A stretch of 64,000 bases of DNA from Selaginella moellendorffii (Eukaryota > Plantae > Lycopodiophyta), in assembly GCF_000143415.4 (NCBI RefSeq), contig NW_003314442.1, forward strand, positions 62,001-126,000. The letters run 5' to 3'. Made by a program: the position numbers and the translations under genes. Below, in pieces: positions 26,001 to 37,449 of this stretch. Below the pieces are notes generated by a model. That model did not search any database, was not told the DNA's origin, and saw nothing but the letters and a program-made list of their open reading frames with translations. The stretch's first letter is position 1. Every line of letters begins with the position of its first letter.

Positions 26001-27006
26001 AGATGGCACGCCTTTGGATAGCCACCGTTCCCTGAATGAGAATGTGAGACTAGGTGCGGAGTATGCGCGCATCACAAACCTCGCAAAATTCGCCAGGAAG
26101 GAACTCGAAATAAAAATCTTCAGACAGTTTTTCCCGCCTTTCTCGATGATAGAGGCTGAGGCTCCCATAGATTGGCTCTGCAGCGGACAGGCAGGCGTGA
26201 GGCAAATTTGCAGCTGCGAAGGCGGATCCAACGTACCCACGAAACCTGCTTGAAGCTTGAGTTGTAAGACCTTGACGGCAACCTTGAGACCACTGTCGCA
26301 AACAGCAAAGACGACAGACAGTTAAGTAGGGTAAATGCAGAGAAACACCACAACCTGCCAAGAGAAGCTGGAGGGGGTTCCGGCAGTCGCTGGCCACTTA
26401 TAGCGCCTCTCTCGGATTCCCAGTTGAATGCAGGCTCGTAAGCATGAAGAGGGGAGGGGCCGAGATGCTGCTGCACAAAGAGAGGGGAGGGGGGGGGGGG
26501 ATTTATTCCTTCCACCACCGAGAAAGTGAGGACTGCACCTTCAGCTTCTTTGTACGCCCGGGAGTATTGGTGGCCTCTTCGCTGTCACACGCGCTTGGGC
26601 CCTGGCGCAGGTTGGAGAGGTGTAACTCTTGCAAGGGAAAGGCGCATCAACAAAAGAGTGTGAGTGCGGGGGAACGAGGCAGCGGGCAGGCAGAGAGCTC
26701 TTACCGGTTTCTACATCGGTGTCGGGTCCCTCGAAAATCTGATTGTGAAAGGCAGGGCGCGAGACGCTTTGGTAGTGGCCGTACTTGGCGTCATCCGTGA
26801 GCCAGGCCGAGCTGTAGGATTGCAAGACAAGCTTGAGATGGGGGCAGTGCTCCGCATCTGCTTGCAGCTGCTGCAGCCAACACCAGCAATCAACAATAAG
26901 CTCCCCAGGATGAACAAACCTGTGGATCCAGCTCCAAGGCGCTTGACGGGAACGCCACTCCCCGGCTCATCCTCTTGAACCGCTGCCCGCGACCGGGAGC
27001 TGCCAT
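20023..27006 (-). CDS. SPK1: DOCK-family ROP guanine nucleotide exchange factor SPIKE1, many exons
   Basis: FHNQIFEGPDTD, C2/DHR1 region (HCLYVYPL...RNLFIRVE), DHR2 (YYRVGFYG...FLFDTPFTKNGK...SPIENAI...LQGSVAVQVNSG), C-terminus HYIPAILSEL*. Confidence 0.93.
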
Positions 27007-27370
27007 GGCGATCTACCTAGAGGCACGCTAGGACGCAATGCAGGTGCGCCCTACCATTCACCATTCACACTGTTGCATTGTGGCTCACCCTTGCGCACCA
27101 AGCTACGTGACCTCCACGCGACATCATCATTCCCGCCTTGGCCGCCCTCCCTCCTCCTCCTCCTCCTCCGCATCGCCAGCGCCCTAGCCCAGCCAACCTG
27201 GGATATTCCATTCCCCACTACCACGTGGACGGTGAGGATGGTCATTATATGCTATGAAACTTGGATGGGAATGGGATGGCAGCGCTTGCTTCCTACCCAG
27301 AAAAGGACAGCGCACTAGAGACCGATCCATTGGCCGACCTGGCCGCCACCAGCAATCGCTCCAGCCAGAA

Positions 27371-30300
27371 ATGCCGCCGCTCCTCCTCCTCCTCCTCCTC
27401 CTCCTCCTCGCCGCCACGCTCCTCCATGTCGGCCTCTCCGACACCGTGGCCTATGATCACAGGGGCCTTATCATCAATGGCCAGCACCGGATGCTCATCT
27501 CGGCATCCATCCACTACCCTCGCGCAGCTCCTCAGGTATAGCCACCCATCTCCGATTCTCTACGCAACCTCTGAATTCATCTGCAGATGTGGAGCCAGCT
27601 CATCTCCAATGCCAAAGCCGGTGGAATTGACGTGATCGAAACGTACGTCTTCTGGGACGGGCATCAGCCCACCAGGGACACTGTAAGCTCTTCCCCGGGC
27701 GCTTGTACAGACTTGATTCTTGCCTCATTCCCTCCAGTACAACTTCGAGGGGCGATTCGACCTGGTTTCGTTTGTCAAGTTGGTCCACGAGGCGGGCCTA
27801 TATGCCAATCTCCGGATCGGCCCTTACGTGTGCGCGGAATGGAACCTCGGGTGAGAATCTCTCTCCTTCGTTGCATGCAACAACATTCCTTGGTTTTCAT
27901 CAGGGGCTTCCCCGTGTGGCTCAAGGACGTGGCAGGAATTGAATTCAGAACAAACAACCAGCCCTTCAAGGTATGATTCACGCGCTCGCTGCTCAAGATT
28001 GCATCCGCCCCCGGCACCCAAGTTTGTCAACTCTTCAGGCGGAGATGCAAACGTTCGTGGAGAAGATCGTGGCGATGATGAAACATGACAAGCTTTTCGC
28101 GCCTCAGGGTGGACCAATCATACTGGCTCAGGTACTCTTGCATTTCTTGATTGTGTGCAAAGAAAAGCAGCACAGATTGAGAACGAGTATGGCAACATCG
28201 ACGCGGCATATGGAGCGGCAGGAAAGGAGTACATGGTGTGGGCCGCAAACATGTCCCAGGGTCTCGGCACGGGTGTGCCCTGGATCATGTGCCAGCAGTC
28301 GGACGCACCAGACTACATCGTGAGCTTTTGATTATATAAGGCTTTCATGACACCCTTTCGCTCCTGCAGCTAGACACTTGCAACGGCTTCTACTGCGATG
28401 CCTGGGCTCCCAACAACAAGAAGAAACCCAAAATGTGGACCGAGAATTGGAGCGGCTGGTGAGCCACGTTTGAGGAAGGTTGAATGCCCCTTGGTTATGT
28501 CTTGGATCACCCACAGGTTCCAGAAATGGGGAGAGGCATCCCCGCACAGGCCCGTGGAAGACGTTGCCTTCGCTGTAGCCCGTTTCTTCCAGCGCGGGGG
28601 AAGCTTCCAAAACTACTACATGGTTGGGGGTTGGGCTCTTCCTTGCAATGTGCTAAATCTCGTCTGGAAACCTTGCAGTACTTTGGCGGCACCAATTTCG
28701 GGCGATCATCCGGAGGCCCATACGTTACGACCAGCTACGATTACGACGCACCCATTGATGAGTTTGGTAAAAGGGTTGTGTGCCGCAGTATACCATGCTA
28801 ACGCGCGTAACGTGCAGGAGTAATTCGCCAGCCCAAATGGGGCCATTTGAAGCAGCTGCACGCTGCAATCAAGCTCTGCGAAGCCGCGCTTGGCTCCAAC
28901 GATCCCACCTACATTTCCTTGGGCCAACTGCAAGAGGTAAACACGGGCTTGTAAACCTGGTCTTCACCCTCTTGCAGGCCCATGTCTACGGGAGCACGTC
29001 ATCCGGAGCTTGTGCAGCTTTTCTGGCAAACATTGATTCCAGCTCCGATGCCACCGTGAAGTTCAACTCTCGGACGTATCTTCTACCCGCCTGGTCTGTC
29101 AGTATTCTCCCCGACTGCAAAACAGTCAGCCACAACACCGCTAAGGTCTCTCACTCTCTCTCCCTTCTTCTCATGCTGACGATGAAACGTTTCTATCCGA
29201 AGGTGGACGTTCAAACAGCCATGCCAACAATGAAGCCCTCCATCACGGGGTTGGCCTGGGAATCCTATCCTGAACCAGTCGGAGTGTGGAGCGACAGTGG
29301 TATTGTGGCGTCGGCATTGCTCGAACAAATCAACACAACCAAGGATACAAGCGACTACCTTTGGTACACCACAAGGTGGATTTTGACTTTTCTCCGGCTA
29401 CCTGGAGCTTTGCTTACACCCTCTGGGCAGCCTGGATATCTCTCAAGCAGATGCCGCGTCTGGAAAAGCACTTCTTTATCTTGAAAGCATGAGAGACGTA
29501 GTTCATGTCTTTGTCAACGGAAAACTAGCAGGTAGCTGGCTTTCTAGATTTCCCGCTCTAAACACTTATATGGCATGATTCAGGCAGCGCAAGCACAAAG
29601 GGAACCCAACTGTATGCCGCTGTGGAACAGCCTATCGAGCTAGCCTCGGGGCACAACTCCCTGGCGATTCTTTGCGCTACGGTTGGCCTACAGGTTGTCT
29701 ATCTGACCAGCGCAAGTGTGTGCGGCTTTCTTACTTCGCTCCGCAGAACTATGGTCCATTTATCGAGACATGGGGTGCCGGCATCAACGGCTCGGTCATA
29801 GTCAAGGGCCTTCCCTCGGGTCAAATAGATCTCACTGCTGAAGAATGGATACACCAGGTTCGCTCGCCACAATGAGCCTTTTGTTATTCTGTGTGGACGC
29901 AGGTAGGCCTCAAGGGGGAAAGCTTGGCCATCTTCACGGAGAGCGGATCTCAGAGAGTGAGGTGGTCGTCGGCAGTCCCTCAAGGGCAGGCATTAGTGTG
30001 GTACAAGGTAATCTTCCAACACCATGGTATCACATGTATCGTGTGGATTGCAATGCAGGCGCACTTTGACAGCCCCAGCGGCAACGATCCGGTGGCTTTG
30101 GACTTGGAAAGCATGGGGAAGGGCCAGGCATGGATCAACGGGCAGAGTATTGGGCGCTTTTGGCCATCCTTGCGTGCACCTGACACTGCCGGATGCCCTC
30201 AAACGTGTGACTATCGCGGCAGCTATTCCTCTTCCAAGTGCAGGAGTGGCTGTGGCCAACCTTCTCAGCGATGGTGAGCTATGGACCTTGTACAAGATTA

Positions 30301-30432
30301 CCTAACGTCTCTACCTCTAGGTACCATGTTCCACGCAGCTGGCTCCAAGACGGCGGAAACTTGGTGGTGTTGTTTGAGGAGGAAGGTGGCAAGCCGTCTG
30401 GTGTGTCATTCGTGACCAGGACGGTGGTTTGA
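27371..30432 (+). CDS. Beta-galactosidase (GH35), secreted, apparently lacking the C-terminal lectin domain
   Basis: Leu-rich signal peptide, [79 protein letters not shown]. Confidence 0.92.
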
Positions 30433-30547
30433 GCAGGCGCCGGCCCTGCTTGCTTCTTGTGCTTGCTGAGGTAACTGGGCCGACAAAACAAGCCTAGTAC
30501 ATATATATATCTATATACAAATTTCTGGGATCCCCTTTCAAGTGGGC

Positions 30548-32369
30548 ATGGCATGTCCAAGAAACGAGCAGCGCCCAAGGGAGATAGCAGCGGGCATTTT
30601 CTATGGAGCGCCCCGAGGAGGCGGTCATCAACAGCCCCCTCGGCTCTTGCACTTGCTACGCGACATCCGCAGCGATCTTGGCCAAGAATCCACACCCATT
30701 GCGGCCGGGTTAGTTGACTGTTGTGCTTTGGCTGTTCGAGTGAAGAGTGCTTTGGAAGTTGGAACAGGGATGCTTGGGCCACGTTCGCGAGGCAAGAGCA
30801 GGCCCTTCAATACGCCGACTGTCACCGCCATGGCCTCGCCGTCTTCACGTACCAAGACCACACAACGGGCCAAAGGCGATTCCTTGTGACCTCTCACCTC
30901 GAGTTCTGGAGGAGGTGGGCCTCCTCCCCCGGACCTCATGATTCTAACGCATCGTGCACCGCAGATACGAGAAGATGCACGGCAGCTTGAGGCACCACTA
31001 TGAAATTATACGCGAGGTAAGATTGCTGCCCGAGCTGTAGGTGGGCTGGATGCACATTGCTGCGCATGCATAGAATACCCCGTGCAATCTCTACTTCGAT
31101 CTGGAGTTCAACCGGCACACCAACCAGGGCGCGGATGGCGATGCCATGGTCGACCTCCTGCTGCAACTGCTCGCCTCCACGCTCTACGAGGCTTTCTCGA
31201 TCCGCTACAACATGGCCTGGACACTGGAGCTCGACTCGTCAACCGCAGGTAATACTAGTCTTAGCAGACACAAGGATTCCTTCCTATAATGGCTTTATAG
31301 ACAAGTTCTCTCGGCACCTCATCTTGCGCATCCCCAACACCGCCTTCAGGGACAACTCGCATGCAGGGGAGTTTGTTGCTCATGTAGGTGACCCTATTCT
31401 CTTTTCCATGTTGGGATAATGTTTTGCTGCAGCTGTGCTCGCGGATACATGTGCTTCGCGGGCGTGACAAGCACCTGGAGGAGCTTTATGTCATCACCGA
31501 TCACTCTTCCACCCCCAGGTTGTTTGTCGATCAGGCTGTCTACTCGCGTAACCGTTGCTTCCGCCTCGTCTTCTCTGCCAAGGCTGGAAAGACGGCCATC
31601 CTGGTCCCGACGTACAGATTCGCCTCCAGCTCCGAAGTGGTCATGGTCAGTCCCCGCTGCTCCTCCCTGGAGGCCTGACTTCATACAAAGCCGTTGCAGG
31701 ACGATATTACAACGTTCATGCAAGCGCTCGTTTGCAACGTGGATGCGAATTGCGAGACACTTCTCACATTTGATCGCGGGGTAGGCCTAGTATATCCTTC
31801 TCATTTGTTGTTAATTATCCGCTGAAGGCTGCTGGCAAACACCCAAAGTCGCTCTCCAATATCCAGCCTCAACATAGCGTCGCTTCGGAAGCATCGCCAT
31901 TTGGTGCAGTTGATGCGTTTGTGGAATCAATTTCATCCTTTGGAAACACTCCGGGTGCGTATATCCTACTCGTGCGTTCCTGTCTGATGCAACGCAGGAA
32001 AGATTCGAAACTGGTTTTGGTTTTCGGAGCTCGGCATTATTGTCTATAATATTTCGGGCAACCGTTTCTGCGAGCGAGTGGGAAGGCAGCACAAGAGCAA
32101 CAACGGTATGATTGTGTGTCTTGTTCTTTCTTTTGTTGACGCGTCAACCACTCTATGCAGTCATGTACATCGTCAACTTACGACGAGCAAGCTACTATCA
32201 AAAATGTCATGATCCGGATTGCAGGGGTAAACGGCTATATAACTAGAGCGAACTTGACGAGTTACTGTGCCCAGGATACAAATCTCCTGTGAGACCTGTT
32301 CCATGCCATGTTCTCCCACCTGCAGGTTTGCACACACACGACGCAGACACACAGACATACAGGCGGTGA
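30548..32369 (+). CDS. PRIMPOL: DNA-directed primase/polymerase PrimPol, multi-exon
   Basis: IFYGAP...[25 protein letters not shown] (DxE), KFSRHLI (SxH), [15 protein letters not shown], zinc finger [14 protein letters not shown]...YQKCHDPDC. Confidence 0.88.
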
Positions 32370-32419
32370 ATGCATCTTTTATCCGTGTCGTCAAAATTAC
32401 AGCGCCTGCGTTCTGTTGT

Positions 32420-33744
32420 TCAATCCTCTCCTTCCTTCTCGCCTTCCCCTTCAGTGGACTCTGCACCAACTTCTTCGTGAGTGCCGCAAGGTCCTCCCGG
32501 GCTTCAGAGAATTCTCCCTCTTCCATGCCTTCCCGGACGTAGGCGCGCTTGGCGTACATGAGATCAAACTTGTGATCAATTCTGGAGAAGACTACTGCGT
32601 TAGACATCATGCAGACGGCTCTTTGGACTCGCCCCCGGGAACAACTGTTGGTGGCTGGTAGTTGATGCCAGACTTGAAGCCTGTGGGACACCAATCAACA
32701 AACTGATGGGTCTTGATGGTTCTTAGGGACCACGTCACCTCGGTACATGAGGCAGCAGGCCATGTACTTGCCGTGACGGGGGCACTTGGCCATCATGGAC
32801 GCGGGCTCGAACGCCGTACCCGTTATCTCGGACACGGACAGCTGCTCGTCGTAAGCCTTTTCTGCGGATATGACTGGAGCGTACGAGGATGAATCCGGGG
32901 ATAAGGCACCAAGTTGGTCTGGAACTCTGTAATGTCGGGCACCATCGAAGCGGAGCAACGTCGTCAGGGACGATATCACCTGATCGTCACACGCACACAC
33001 GCACACAAACAAGCATACCTGTGGCACGAGCCTGTTGAGTTTGGTGTAGGTGATGCCGAGTGAGCGGCGGCAGCTGTTGTAGATGGCCAACGTCGGTGTG
33101 CTCCAGCAGGGAACGGGTGGAGGGCACGCTGTTGTAGGGCTCCACAACAACAGCCGTGGACACTAGAGGCGACGGCTAGACCGTAAAGTCAAGATTCGAC
33201 TTCTTGCCGTAGTCAACCGAGAGGCGCTCCGGAGCCCCACGGCGTTGAAGATAAGAAAGCCTTCAATTGTCTGCAAGCTTCCTGATACGGTCCGAATTTC
33301 GGTCCAGGCACAGGTCGACGATCTCCGTTACACGGTCCGACACACGTTATCGACGATAGCCTTGTTGTCGGGCACTCACTTGAGTAATGGCCACGGGCGA
33401 AATTACTAGCGGCATCTTCCTTGCCACTGATAAGTTGCTCGGGTGGAAGAGTTGACTGTATACCAGTCCTCACTTCTATCACCGTGGGTTCCAAGTCGAG
33501 GAACAACGAGCGCGGTACGTGCTTGCCCGCACCTGTCTCGCTGAAGAAAGTGTTGAAGGCGTCGTCACGTCCGCTAATTCTGTCAGTCGGCATTTGGCCA
33601 TCTGGCTGAGCACAGCAGGGCTCGCTCAAAACAAGCAAGCCTCATAAATTGGGAGTATTTTAAGTAGCTGGATTCCATGCTCCAGAGCTCCCAGCAAGCA
33701 TTGGACCCTGCTTGGCCAATGTGGATGGAGATGCACTCCATCAT
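32420..33744 (-). pseudogene. TUA: Alpha-tubulin pseudogene (unprocessed, many small deletions and frameshifts)
   Basis: [77 protein letters not shown] and [18 protein letters not shown] lie in different frames. The first intron donor appears mutated (cag|ct). Confidence 0.88.
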
Positions 33745-34149
33745 CTTGTCTTGCTGCTATGGTGGTGTTAATCGACTCACTGGGTGAAGCAAAGAGCCCT
33801 ACAGCGAAAATGAGCCATAGAAAGAAACGAAGCACTCCCCCATGAGTGTCTAAGTGGGACGACTCTTGGCTTCAAACTGATTATTGGGAATAAAAAGAAA
33901 AAAACCTGCAAGAGTTAGCTGATTTCTCCCTCATTGTACGTGTTGAACCCAAGCACGCTGGAAACCTGTACATTCGGATCTAGTGCCACACACATACCAT
34001 CAGGAGACACCAAGGTGGAATGGTCGTCCATGTCCAGCAGAAGGTGCACCGATCATAAATTGACAACTCCCATTCTTGTTCTCTGCATCAAACCACAATC
34101 AATCCCTTTGAAAAACTCAATGCTTACCAATTGAGCAGGAGCTCTTTCA

Positions 34150-34400
34150 CTGCTTCAGTGTTATCATGATCATGTAGGCTGTGACCATATATAGGGATGC
34201 AAGCTACCACATCCTGCTGTGGCATTCTGCTGTAGGTCGTTCAAGTTCCCATCAGCTCCATGCGCCTGAATCCAAGCTAGTCTAATATTGCATGCAATGT
34301 CTCGCTCTGGCATCGCATCAAACACCCCTTCATCTCTTCAGTCCACTGATGACATTCCATGATACCACATTCTACTGCGGCTTCCTGCCAAGCACCATTA
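34150..34400 (-). pseudogene. Degenerate PPR gene remnant
   Basis: Minus-strand fragments NVVSWNVIS, VFDAMPERDIA and MPQQDVVA interrupted by frameshifts. Confidence 0.5.
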
Positions 34401-35129
34401 TAATTCAGGTGTGTTAATATATCTTGCTTCCCTCTTAAGAATGAACTTTTTTTTGTTTTCAGATTTGGAATGCTCGGCAAGACTGGCTCAGCGTTGCACA
34501 AAGCTCATTAGCACTAGGTAGAATGGCACTTCTCATCGTACAAATGTTGAATTAAGTATGATTGTAGATTGTTGTCTGCATAATATGCACTTCTGGTGGG
34601 GTTCTTATAAAGCAATGAGGGCAAGATGATACATGTAAAGCTCTCTGAAACTTACATGCCACAGTCAGCTTTAAGAAATATATCTCGAGAGCAAATATAA
34701 ATTACCATAACGTCAATACTTATAAGATCCAATCTTGGGGATTGAAGCAACACTAATGTCAGGCTCAACTTTACTTGAGAGGGATGACCATCAGAGTGAG
34801 AACCGATAGATCAAGCCAGAATCTGTGTAGTCTTTTGCCAAGACGTACAAGGACGTTGCTAGTAATGCATCTTATAATCAGGAAACATCCACATAAAGCA
34901 TTCCGAAGTATTCGTAAGTATTACACCTACAAAGTCTATTTCCTTAAATAAACTAATTTAATCTTTTCATTTAGTGAGTTTGGTTGGGCCCTCCATTCCC
35001 TTTAAAACAACCATTAAATCGATCAATGTTTTATGTGGCCCTAGGTACCAGTTTCTCTCTGGAAATCCTCACCCTCTTGGTCGACCAATATGAGTTCGAA
35101 TGATGCATTTGCTTGTTATGGCTAGCCTC

Positions 35130-37246
35130 TTAATAAATTCCGCTCAAAAGCTGCAAACGCAGTGAAAGATCTTTTTATGAAAACATAAACATTAAAGTTA
35201 CCTCCTTTGTCTTTTGACAACGGGCTTTGATACTATCAATTAGTTGTTGTGTCGTCAAGTTAGCCTGTAATCACATGTTGTGGTGAAAGACAAAAATGTC
35301 AATGCAGCTTACTCGATGGCTGGGATGCATATCAGAGTGGTGACCTGAACAGATATTGATTGAGTATGTGATGTCTAATTCCACGTACAAATGCAGATGA
35401 AGGCTTACGTAAGTTCATATTGCTTATGTCCCGGATAGGCTCGTCAACCTTTCTACCAGACCGCAACTCAAATTCTGTCAATAGAACAGGAGAGGGTGAA
35501 TGAAAACTTTTAAAATAACATACGAAAAAGTGGTGAATGCTTTTTGCAGAACTGTATATTTTTCTCCGGGCTCTGACGGGCCTGTAAAATAACATAACTT
35601 CAGGCAGATACGATATGGGGCTTGCCTTTGGAAAAAAGGATTTCTCAAGAAGTCTTATACGGCTCTCCAAAGTACAAAATCTTGCCTGTGATAGTAAATG
35701 GAGTTAGTAACAGCAACTGAACTTTTCTATTACCTCTAATGTTTGAGTCGTCTTTGAAAGGCTTTCTTCCAGGGTGCTGAAGCGAGACCCCAGCTTTTCG
35801 GCTATTTCGCCCTGGTAGACGCTTGGTTGAGCACAAAGAAATGCTTGCGTTGATCAAACTTACTATTTTCAGCTTGATCTCGTCATAGCAGGAAGTAATG
35901 GCTGCAACATTCATTGAAACCACCGGGGCTGCTTCATCATCTTCCGACGTTGATGGAGAAATAGAACACTTTCTCGAAGTCATTTCTGAACTCAGGGACT
36001 TATGGGTGTCCATCTTTCTTGGAAGAGATGCATCTGGACTTTTCCTTATTCCGCGATCGAGCTCTCTTGGAAGACTCGAGTCGATACCTCCAATCTAGCA
36101 TTTTTAGACAAAGTAAATCCTTAATGTACCTTAAGATTTCGTTTACCTGTGTTGGTGATTTGACCTGAAAATCAGTTTGTGCTTGTTTTTCGTTATCAGG
36201 TATGTAACACGGGCTCGACCTGTCTTCCATCTGCACATGATGTAAATAGCTTCACAGTTTAGACACCTAATTTGTTATTAACCTCGTCGTGGTCGACCTG
36301 TATGCCTGGCTGCTCGAAATTTAGGCGAGGTGTCGGAGAGAGCTGTCACATGCAGGAGATAGGGAGAAACTCTTGAGAGTGAAAACATACCTCGATGGCG
36401 AGCTTACACATTGTACTTATAGACGGCAATTTATTCTTGCATCTTGGAGATGAGGTGGTCTTGATTCTAAGAGACGGACTTTTGCGTTCCTGGAGCTAAA
36501 ACGTGAATAGGACTGATAAAGTAAAGAAAAGAAAACAGAAACACCTCATTGACCTCTTCATTTCTGGAGATCCTTTTATGCCTCGAGGACATGACAGATT
36601 CTGACTAATACAAGAGAATAGTGACAATTGATAATGCATAAAATACCTTTTTAGTTACACCTGCCCGTCGGGACTCTTTTAACAACTCATTATGCTTCCT
36701 TTTGCAGCACTGCTCATATTCTATTCAAGATAAGCGTCACAAGGAGTTAAACATACCTGGACGACATCATGGACAAATATCATCTTTCTTTCTGAGAAAC
36801 CTTTCGAGAATATCTAGCAGCGAAGAGGTCAAGTGCGTCTTGATGTCCCATGTCATTGTTACCTGTGCCAGCGTCAAGGAACATCTATATCCAAACTCAG
36901 TCCGGAGAAACTTCAAGATGCACTCTATGAATCTCTGTTAGCAAAAATTAGTAGTGTACTATCTCTAGCTTTTGCTTGGTCGCACCAGGTCACTTTTCGC
37001 GTATAATTCATAGCCATTCGTTGAGAGATACCTGAAAACATGCCTGGAATAACCTAACAGCGCGTGATGGAGTAGTGGAAGAACAGCCGATGGAAGTCCC
37101 ATTCTCAGGCTGCAACAAAAGCATGAGACTCCAAATCATCTTGTAATATGACCGTACCCTTGGTTGTCGATTGTGTGTGGGTAGGAAACAGATCGGAGCT
37201 GCGCCTTCAGTCGCTCTAGGTTTCCTTCAACATCTCCTGTTGCCAT
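35130..37246 (-). CDS. CEP44: Centrosomal/centriolar protein CEP44, many small exons
   Basis: Spliced N-terminus MATGDVEGNLERLKAQLRSVSYP...GLPSAVLPLLHHALLGYS...YELYAKSDLRFIECILKFLRTEFGYRCSLTLAQIFSKGFSERKMIFVHDVVQCCKRKHNEL matches the CEP44 N-terminal domain as recalled (MATGDL...L.AKNDLRFID...F.YKP.LT..QF...GFAE.K). Predicted end TTQQLIDSIKARCQKTKELLSGIY*. Confidence 0.85.
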
Positions 37247-37449
37247 GGCTGCCCTAGGCCTAGCTCTGTTTGCATTTGCAAAACATCACTGAATCAAGAG
37301 CTCAGGCAGCAAGGCTCAAGAAGTGTGCCAAGGAACGAATATCCCGCCCATTATCCCCTCCTCACTCTAAGTCGTCCGGCTTGATATCCAACGGTCTTTA
37401 GAAAGGCGGGTCAGTTGGAATCTTTTCCTAAAGCAAAGACTCCTCTTAT
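37247..37449. promoter_or_regulatory. Putative bidirectional promoter for CEP44/CAPE with MSA-like/MYB motifs
   Basis: 203 bp between divergent ATGs. TCCAACGGTC at 37387-37396 and inverted CAGTTGGA at 37412-37419. Confidence 0.55.

Noticed and set aside
5463-32369. DNA repair cluster (CSB, DPB3-like, PrimPol)
   Set aside because: The genes are spread over 27 kb among many unrelated genes, which is compatible with chance.
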